Shown: piece after piece, positions 1 through 6,779 of the stretch
How positions within the stretch are numbered: position 1 is the first letter of the stretch
How the letters are laid out: each line of letters begins with the position of its first letter
DNA from: Zygophlyctis sp. KS116
Taxonomy: Eukaryota; Fungi; Chytridiomycota
Assembly: GCA_054661495.1 (NCBI GenBank)
Contig: BAAFSQ010000427.1
Coordinates: forward strand, 1-6,780
Direction: 5' to 3'
Length of the DNA: 6,780 nucleotides
Translations under genes and position numbers: made by a program
Notes under the pieces: generated by a model
The model's input: only the letters and a program-made list of their open reading frames with translations
The model's database searches: none
What the model was told of the DNA's origin: nothing

Positions 1-65
1 GAATTTTACTACAACTGCCTTGGAATTGTTCAATACAAGGTATCAGACGACTCTTCTGCATGGAA

Positions 66-600
66 TCAATGCAATGCGAAGTTACCTCTACCGGTTTTCG
101 TTAAAGCGTATCGAATAGTTCTGTTGAGTCTTTCCACGGTGCCATTCCATTCCGGTTGATATCCTGGAGTGAAATTAAGTTGAATCATATAATCGGCTGC
201 TAATTTTTGAAATATAGACGAGACAAAAGATGATCCTCCATCTACTGTTATCACTTAAGGACATCCAAACTGAGCTATTATTTCACTTTGAACAAAATCT
301 ACGGCAGTGTTTGCTACTTGGTCTTTTGTCGCTTTTGCTATAGGATAGCGGGTTAACTTTTCAACGGCAACAATAATATAGCGGTAACCTTTGGCTGTTG
401 GAGGAAAAGGACCCAGAAAATCAATTGCAAATTCTTGAAAAATACCACTTATAGCTGATTGCCCCGAAACTACACTCCATGCATGAACTAACGTAATGTT
501 TCACATCGTTAACCCTAACCCAAGCGATCTCTAACCCATTTATATACGGTCGCAAAGCTAAAATGACCCAGTAACCTTTAGCATGTAGTAATTCTAATTT
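66..600 (-). pseudogene. Ty3/Gypsy integrase remnant (HHCC zinc finger plus rve core)
   Basis: Manual translation across frames: LH...LGHFSFATVYKWVRDR / NDVKHYVSSCMEC (zinc finger), FAIDFLGPFP, TVDGGSSF, YQPEWNGTVERLNRTI. In-frame TAA at 255-257 and several frameshifts between ~455 and 575. Confidence 0.92.
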
Positions 601-629
601 TTCAAATAACTCTTGCTTATCCTTTAGAA

Positions 630-1388
630 CTAAGGTAGGCGGTGTGGAGTATCATTGATAATTAGGAATTTCTTGCATTGGCGTAATAACTTTGAAGTGA
701 GATTTCCATCGTACGAATTTAACAAGACAGCTTTTATCCGATCAAAAGAAGGCGGTTGTTGTTGATTTACGGCCAGAAAGTAAGCTGGGTGACGAGAAAG
801 GAAATCCGCAACAATGTTCTCTTTTCCTGAACGATGTTTCAATGTAAAATTAAATTCCATTAAGCTATTCGTCCATCTTAGAATACGTCCTGCAGGGTCT
901 TTAGCGTTTAACAGACTAGCTACTGCAGAATTATCTGTAAAAATAGTGAAATGTCGTGGTGAGAGATACTTTCTAAACTGTTTAACGCTAGAAACAACTG
1001 CTAAAGCTTCTTTCTCGTATGCAGAGTAGTTCATTTCTGCCGGCTGTAATACACTAGAAAAATAACAAATAGGTACCAACACTTCATCCTGCCATTGTTC
1101 TAAACAGGCTCCTATTGCAAAACTTGAGGCGTCACTCGAAAGCACAAAAGCTCCCTCCTCTGTAGGTAGTTTTAATAGAGGTGATGTAGTTAAAATTTCT
1201 TTCACTTGATCAAATGTTTCTTGCTGCTCCACCCCCCAAGAAACAACGGACGATTTTAATAAAGATGATAAAGGCAACTTCAACTGTGCAAAATGAGGAA
1301 TAAAACGACAAAAATAAGAGACCAGACCATAAAAGGAACGAAGCTCTTTAAGATTTCGGGGTGCAGGTAACTTCGTTAAGGCGCTAAA
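630..1388 (-). pseudogene. Ty3/Gypsy RT connection plus RNase H remnant
   Basis: ORF 630-1400: P-x-N-LKELRSFYGLVSYFCRFIPHFA, W...QQETFDQVKEILTTSPLL, DASSFAIGA, EKEALA, TDN, ADFLSR. Confidence 0.95.
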
Positions 1389-1756
1389 ATAAATAATCAT
1401 GAAAGATACGGTTCATGACACGAGAGAAATGAGCGGGAGCGTTGGTCAATCTAAATGGCATTACATTGAAGCGAAATATACCAAACGGTGAGATAAAAAT
1501 AGTGTAATCTTTTGAGTTTTCAGATAATCGCACTAGCCAGTAACCCAAAAAACAGTCTAATGTAGATATAAACCTCTTTCAAGCCATCATATCTATCAAA
1601 TCATCAATGCGAGGTAATGGATAAGTGTCTTTTTTTGAGCGCGTTCAGTTTAAAGTAATTTATGCAGAACCGCGGGCTACCATCTGGCTTAGGTACGATT
1701 TTGATAGGACTACACCAAGGCGCGAATGAAGGTTCGATAATCCCAGCATCTAACAT
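1389..1756 (-). pseudogene. Ty3/Gypsy reverse transcriptase N-terminal half, truncated before YxDD
   Basis: Continues in frame after the TAA at 1757-1759: [40 protein letters not shown], a frameshift in the A/T run near 1630-1637, then [30 protein letters not shown]...FGIFRFNVMPFRLTNAPAHFSRVMNRIFHDYL. TGA at 1579-1581. Confidence 0.93.
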
Positions 1757-2641
1757 TTAAGTGACTTCCTCCTGAATAACGGCGCGTTCTTCAGTTGTAT
1801 ATCTTTTCAAATTAGACTTTATAGGAGTAACATGGGCAGGATCGAATAAAATCAAATCATAATCTGAATCTCGAATTCCTGGGATATCAGAAAATGTTTC
1901 AGCAAATAAGTCTGAATTTTCGAGAAGTAACACAGACATAGTTTTCTGCTCCTCCATAGTTATCGTTGGTTTTGTATTTACAAAATAATCTTGCAAGGTA
2001 CTCTCTGTCAATCTAAAAGCAGGGTCCTCAGAGTCGTCTTCTGTCATATTGGTAATTTCTTCTTTTGTGTATAACTGTATAGTAACCGCTTCATCTTCAT
2101 GGATCATGGTTAACGTTTGTTTAGAATAGTCAGTTAATGTTTTTAGTTGCACGAGCACGTCGATTCCTATTAAAATTGAAGAAGCGCAAGGGTCCATAAG
2201 CAAAAAGGTGATAGGAATAATGGTTCCTTCCATCTCCACAGGTAAGACTACATATTCACTAATTTCCACCGGGTCTCCTTGTATTGGCGTTAACATTATA
2301 TTTTCTCCAAGTTTTGATGGTACGTAACCCAGTTTTTTAACAAAGGTAGTCTCTGCTATGGAATAGGACGAGCCGCTATCCAATTAAATAGGTACATCGA
2401 CTTCGTTTATAATAGCTTTTATGTAACTATATCTATTACTTTTATCATCGGTGAACAAGGCATTTTTTGTCTTGTTGATATTATTTAATCTCGTTATGAT
2501 AGTGGATTTTAAGTGAGGCTGAATCTTCAATAATTCTCTAGTGGTGATTGGGGCCGGCTCGTTTAGTGTTCGTTCTACCATAGAATTGCTATCCAATCTT
2601 GTAATATTAGAATTTTTCAACTTTTTAGGATGCCTACGCAA
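1757..2641 (-). pseudogene. Retrotransposon aspartic protease and linker
   Basis: ORFs 2384-2641 and 1757-2383 share a frame and are split by one TAA (2384-2386): EVDVPI*LDSGSSYSI (catalytic DSG at 2372-2380), later ILIGIDVL. Confidence 0.9.
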
Positions 2642-2714
2642 GACGTTTCTTTTTCGTGATGTAATAAATTATCGGTTCGCATGTGGCTTTTGCTTGTTCA
2701 CCAATAACGTTTAT

Positions 2715-2858
2715 ATATTGATTTATTGCAACGATGCATGGACAGAAGAATATGAAGAAGATCAAGGTGTACCTAACGATACTGAAGGTCCAGAACTAAT
2801 AGGGGGTAACGAGCTACGAACGAGAATCAAGGAAATTATTTTAAGTAAGACTAACTAA
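2715..2858 (+). pseudogene. Probable C-terminus of a PIF/Harbinger transposase
   Basis: ILIYCNDAWTEEYEEDQ...GNELRTRIKEIILSKTN* resembles the segment after LHN in Harbinger transposases (D-x-W, acidic tract, G-x3-R-x2-I). No DDE core is present. It converges with the accessory gene below. Confidence 0.5.
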
Positions 2859-3101
2859 AGACTCTTGGAGTAGTTGGAGCAGGTATTTGAACTAGTTTTA
2901 AATGAGAAGGTATTGGAAACTGTCTGAATCTGGGCAAAACTGTCTTAATCTTTAATCTCCTCTGCGCTTTTTCCTTGTGCAATCAAGGCAAGCGTGGTCT
3001 GCGTTGCTTGCGACTAACCCTAACCGCTCTCTTGATGCCTCAGCAAATGTGCTGGCAATGTCCATCTTTTTGACATCCGCCTTCTTTACAGGTGTCTGCG
3101 A

Positions 3102-3158
3102 TCGGCGCGGCTCCGTCGTTAGTTTATCTCGAATAAATTATCATTATTATTATTATTA
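3102..3158 (+). mobile_element. 5'-truncated non-LTR retroposon (LINE/SINE) 3' stub with (TTA)n tail
   Basis: Flanked by an exact 16-bp direct repeat ttacaggtgtctgcga (3086-3101 and 3159-3174). Contains AATAAA at 3132-3137, then a (TTA/TAT)n tail. Confidence 0.85.
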
Positions 3159-3430
3159 TTACAGGTGTCTGCGACTGCGACATAGAAAAAGCATCTGAAA
3201 ATGAAGACGATCTCTTTCTCATCTCTATAATTTTCTTTGCATCCTTTAAAGAAACAGGAGATTTCCTCCTGCGAGTTGTTATCAATTAGGCTCAGAAAAT
3301 CCGCAACAGAGTCTTGGAGAGATTCATCAAGATTTACTTCTATTCCTGTTCTCTGCATAGTGTGAGACGGACAAATCTTCTGACGCCCACCAAAAAGACT
3401 GTCCATTTTCTCAAAATAAGAACATACATT

Positions 3431-3457
3431 CTTTAATTTAAGATAGAAGATAAGTAC
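3431..3457 (-). other. Putative 27-nt spliceosomal intron in the Harbinger accessory gene
   Basis: GAG|GTACTTATCTTCTATCTTAAATTAAAG|AAT. Phase 0, AT-rich. Removal gives SLSEKCENVCSYFEKMD. It contains no stop codon, so it is weaker than the Crypton introns. Confidence 0.5.
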
Positions 3458-3482
3458 CTCGCACTTTTCGCTTAAGCTATAG

Positions 3483-3722
3483 ATTTATAGCCAGTCCCTG
3501 CTATTTAAAAAAAAGGATGATCAAATTGAAAAATTCTCTGAATCAGTCTCTTGCATGGCAAAGGAAATTCAGAAACTAAACTCAGTAATTTTCAAATTTC
3601 AAGAGCAAGTAGCAAGATCTCAAGAAAACACTTCTACAACTTCGAAGGGTTCGCATCAAGTACCCTTAAGCAAGGTACAGCAGCCCGAGGGAAAAAAGAA
3701 CGGCTTAACTGTGGGTAGGTAG
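3483..3722 (+). pseudogene. Unassigned coding-like fragment (coiled coil plus low-complexity linker)
   Basis: Stop-free frame between TAG 3480-3482 and TAG 3720-3722: ...KKKDDQIEKFSESVSCMAKEIQKLNSVIFKFQEQVARSQENTSTTSKGSHQ... No recognisable family motif. Confidence 0.35.
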
Positions 3723-3915
3723 TCGAGTGGGAGATGTGCATTTTGCGTGTCGAAAGTTCGCGAGTTCAATTCCGAGTTCGGTTTTCACCCATTGGGTGTG
3801 TTTCCGCGGACAGCTCGCTAATAAATGGCTACCCTGTTGTGATTCTGCTGGGAAGTAGGTTTTGCAGGAAAGGGTTACTCAGACTCATAAAACAAAGAAA
3901 TCATAAAAACTAAAG
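3710..3915 (+). mobile_element. tRNA-derived Pol III element (SINE-like)
   Basis: A-box TAGTCGAGTGG (3720-3730) and B-box GTTCAATTC (3764-3772) at tRNA-like spacing, without a complete cloverleaf. Downstream: hairpin CACCC-ATT-GGGTG (3786-3798), AATAAA (3820-3825) and an A-rich stretch (~3886-3915). Boundaries approximate. Confidence 0.6.
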
Positions 3916-5259
3916 TAATTTAATTCATTTCCTAGTTTTAAACTATTGCCGAAATCTGTTACTAACCAAGTGCGAGCAAATGCCAAAATGTAGTCGACAG
4001 TATGTTTGCACAGATGAATTTAAATTACAATTTAATCTATTATAATACTGCGCTAATTAATTCTTCTTAACGCCCAAATCTTTTTTAACTTGTCCGAAAG
4101 ACCGGATGAAGTTTTTTGTTTAAGCGAGGCATAAACATCCTCAAACTGAGCGAGAGCATCATCTTCATTCATGCCTTGTTTAATTTCATCTTCAACTTTC
4201 GTCATTATGCCTTTAATTCGTGAATACTGTTTTGCTTCTGCTAAAGTAAATCATTTTCGCCACTTTCCTTTAGTATTTACCTCAAGCGCAGACAGACCAC
4301 CAGGATAATATGGAGCTCGAGACCACAATCCTTTGCCTGTCCATTCATGCCAATAACTTATTACTGAATTATGGAGGCTATAAAGTTTGTACTGGTTATC
4401 GTGGCGACAGAATCAATACGTTCATTATGAGATGAATCAGCATTAGGAGAATTAGAAGGAGAAGAATCAGAAGGAGAGGGATTACATACAGTGCCAAAAG
4501 AAGATGAAGCGAGACCGACTTGATTTTCTGACGAAACCAAAGCAGCCTCTCTGGCGCTGAGTGTAGGGTAATAGAAAGAATTATCGAAAGATGCCATATG
4601 GGTTATATATCTATCCACTTTATCAATCTTTGGAAGCATTTGGTAAACCGTCTCACTAAGTCTGCTTACTTTGCCACAAGTAAGGCTGTCCGCCCAACAA
4701 TATCATGATGAATTTCCCCCAGTTTTTCACTAAGGACTGGGATTGCACGATTCAACGAAAGTTCATCGGGATCATCCGCCTTAGCATGGGTGTTTAAGTA
4801 TGTAGCCATATCTGTTCTATACTTTTCGAATGCCTCAGACTGAAATATTGGAAGCGTAAAAAGCATGTGCTCTACTCCATTAAGCATCATCAAAGCCACA
4901 TCTTGGCAAAGTACTTTCCTTAAATAGACAAGTAAATTAAAAAAAGCTCTTAAAGTAGGCGCACCAGTAGTATCCATATCATCGATGAATGGTAAAATTT
5001 GATTAAGTATTTCATCCGGTACTTCAACAGCCGATCTCGGCAAGTAAAACGAACCTTTTTCACTTTTGTGCCCCGCCATTTCTCTTTAAGCCCTGAGTGG
5101 AAGTTTTGAGGAATAACGATCCTCTTGACAATCGGGATTCCAGATACCAAGTTGCTTAATAGACATAGTGTCTATTTCTTTTAGCTCAGCATGTACAGAG
5201 CCAACGGACCTACCAAATTGTACATAATGCTTTGTCTCTAGTTTCAAAGATTCGCAAGC

Positions 5260-5286
5260 CTGTAGTTAATCTGTTTACGAAATTAC
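5260..5286 (-). other. Putative 27-nt spliceosomal intron in the Crypton gene
   Basis: AAG|GTAATTTCGTAAACAGATTAACTACAG|GCT: GTAAT donor, TTAAC branch-like motif, CAG acceptor. Contains two in-frame TAA. Removal gives YRNSIEK^ACESLKLETKHYVQFGR. Confidence 0.85.
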
Positions 5287-6308
5287 CTTTTCTATACTAT
5301 TTCTATATGTTTGATCCGTGATCGCTTTTTTAGTAGTTTGACAACCATGCTTATCAATCACAGTTCCAACGTTATAACCAACAAGTAATTTTACATCGAA
5401 CCATGAGGCGTTCGAAGACCAATCAATTTCTTCCTTACCAAAGGTAAACCTGGCAAATAGGTGAAGCGATAGTGCACCTATAGGGCAAAGGTTGACATCT
5501 TTGTGCCTCATGACTCGACCATACAGGGTTTTAAGTCCATTGGTTTTTCCAACTTTAATTTGCATTACTAATATGCGACATTCATGAATACCTTGGCCTT
5601 CTATCTATATCTGGCAAAGATCTGATAGATCGCAGTTTATCACCGATTCCCCTCGTAAAATTCCAAATAAAGTTTGTAAAAGCATATATCGATCTCTAGT
5701 TGAAGCAATACATAGATTTGAGGAAGGGCTATCACATTTTAAGGTAGAATTATAATGAAAGAAGAACCGCTCAATCTTTGAAACTTGCGAGGCGAGGGCG
5801 TATGGAGCAAATTCAGCTGTTACTTTCTCTTTATAGTTCTTTTTTGCTATTCTTTCTTTCTATTCTTACAAAAGTTTAGAGTCCTCTGAATCCGCTCAGA
5901 GTGTAACATATTTTTGTTACTATTGTTGGCACCCATATCCACTTGATGCTGCCAAAGTTTAAGAATATCACACCAACTTTGATTAATAACCTCATAACCA
6001 ACCAAATTCGGGTTTTGATTGTCCAACATACCCTTGTCCGCTTCATCCATCACTTTGTTGAAATCTTCCATGTCAAATGCCGGCTTTAGCCTCTTACTTT
6101 CTGGTCGTGGTCCACGTTTCCTTGGAGATCGATAGGCTTGATAAAACAAGAATGCGAACACTTTTTCTTCAGTAACTGTCTCCGCATACGGGTGGCCACT
6201 CCACTTTTGACGACAGAAGGAGAGAAATTCTCCTGCCTTTGGGTCATATGCATTTGCAGTGTTAGTCTTAGAAGCTACAGCATTACTATCAGCTAGAAGA
6301 ATTTGAGC

Positions 6309-6332
6309 CTAATTTTAGCTTATTTGGAATAC
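6309..6332 (-). other. Putative 24-nt spliceosomal intron in the Crypton gene
   Basis: CAA|GTATTCCAAATAAGCTAAAATTAG|GCT: GTAT donor, GCTAA branch-like motif, TAG acceptor. Contains in-frame TAA and TAG. Removal joins MSLYTSGEFAAQ to AQILLADSNA...YDPK. Confidence 0.75.
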
Positions 6333-6437
6333 TTGAGCTGCAAATTCTCCACTAGTGTAAAGAGACATTTGAGGAAAAAAACTTAAGATTTCTCAAGATT
6401 ATTCGCGTACTTAATAACAGCACTTGCCTCAAGCCTG

Positions 6438-6489
6438 GGTTAATAACCGCGTTTATTTATTGTCACATGTGGTTAATAACCGCGTTTAT
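6438..6489. repeat. Exact 19-bp direct repeat GGTTAATAACCGCGTTTAT upstream of the Crypton ATG
   Basis: Copies at 6438-6456 and 6471-6489, each containing the palindrome GGTTA-A-TAACC. Partial TTAATAAC at 6411-6418. Confidence 0.9.
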
Positions 6490-6641
6490 AAACCTCAATC
6501 ATGACTGACTCGTCAGGAAACGCGCTAAAAAGTCTGACGCGACTAAAAATACTTCATATGGAAAATCACCGGGTGTGGGGTACAAATCCTGGAGGAAGGT
6601 AGAGGTTCTAATTAGGGCACCGGCGGCTCCGTCTTTAGTTA

Positions 6642-6779
6642 AATATTTTGAGAGAAGAAACTTTCAACTTCTTCTTATTTTTCGAATAAAGCTTGATCCA
6701 CTTCAGAACAAAGAACTGCGTGTTTTCTGCTTAAATTTTCGCGATTGCAATTAAGACATTCTTGGTGAAAGGCAATTCG
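6642..6779 (-). pseudogene. C-terminal zinc-knuckle fragment of a LINE-type ORF2, running off the window edge
   Basis: RIAFHQECLNCNRENLSRKHAVLCSEVDQALFEK*EEVESFFSQNI: C-x2-C-x8-H-x3-C, similar to the CCHC motif downstream of non-LTR RT domains. Confidence 0.6.

Larger units (their letters stand above)
66..2714 (-). mobile_element. pol: Degenerate Ty3/Gypsy LTR retrotransposon, internal pol region (PR-RT-RH-IN); no gag or LTR visible
   Basis: Minus-strand domain order protease (LDSGSS), RT ([43 protein letters not shown]), RNase H (DASSFAIGACLEQ, NYSAYEKEALAVV, FTDN, NIVADFLSR), integrase (HHCC plus D,D,E). Integrase last is the Ty3/Gypsy order. Multiple stops and frameshifts. Confidence 0.96.
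2945..3484 (-). pseudogene. C-terminal part of a PIF/Harbinger-type Myb/SANT-like accessory protein
   Basis: IYSLSEKCE^NVCSYFEKMDSLFGGRQKICPSHTM (C-x-YF-x2-MD-x-LFG-x-RQ pattern), then after a frame change SQTPVKKADVKKMDIASTFAEASRERL and LIAQGKSAEEIKD. Interrupted by the insertion at 3102-3158 and by frameshifts. Confidence 0.6.
4053..6368 (-). pseudogene. Crypton DNA transposon tyrosine recombinase (Ndc10/Cbf2-like YR domain plus C-terminal GCR1_C-like domain), disrupted
   Basis: ATG at 6366-6368 to TAG at 4053-4055. Motifs: GILRGES (R, 5653-5655), VGKTNG, RHKDVNLCPIGALSLHLFARF, HYVQFGR, LGIWN, DRYSSKLP (Y, 5113-5115), MAGH...FYLPR, and C-terminal YWHEWTG...LE...KWRK...KQYSRIK. Lesions: frameshifts near 5850, 4675 and 4405; nonsense codons at 5605-5607, 5086-5088 and 4251-4253. 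Confidence 0.92.

Noticed and set aside
814-1029. Plus-strand 71-aa ORF
   Set aside because: Antisense shadow of the RNase H frame.
2917-2951. Imperfect 15-bp direct repeat AAACTGTCT(G/T)AATCT at 2917-2931 and 2937-2951
   Set aside because: Probably a local slippage duplication, with no evidence of function.
2977-3198. Plus-strand 73-aa ORF with poly-Tyr
   Set aside because: Antisense to the accessory gene. The Tyr run is the (TAT)n retroposon tail.
3713-3785. Functional tRNA gene
   Set aside because: No acceptor stem, and poor anticodon and T stems. Only the promoter boxes are retained.
4392-4419. 28-nt GTATTG...ATAACCAG candidate intron before the GCR1_C-like domain
   Set aside because: Removing it does not place the downstream domain in frame.
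4656-4669. 14-nt GTAAGCAGACTTAG that would restore the frame if spliced
   Set aside because: Shorter than any spliceosomal intron I know of. The alternative frame reads through as GKVSRLSETV, so a 1-nt deletion is more likely.
4950-5150. Minus-strand 66-aa ORF
   Set aside because: Alternative frame overlapping the Crypton catalytic region.
5847-5869. 23-nt GTAAG...TAG segment whose removal would repair the Crypton frameshift
   Set aside because: Purine-rich with no branch motif. It encodes the basic KNRKK(R)IAK stretch that looks like real protein, so a 1-nt deletion in an A run is simpler.
6462-6469. GTCACATG matches yeast centromere CDEI (RTCACRTG) beside an Ndc10-related gene; CCGAAA at 3949-3954 resembles the CDEIII core
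   Set aside because: Short motifs that are expected by chance, and there is no CDEI-CDEII-CDEIII arrangement.
6438-6489. CRISPR-like repeat-spacer-repeat
   Set aside because: Only two 19-bp units with a 14-bp spacer, eukaryotic TE context, and no cas genes.
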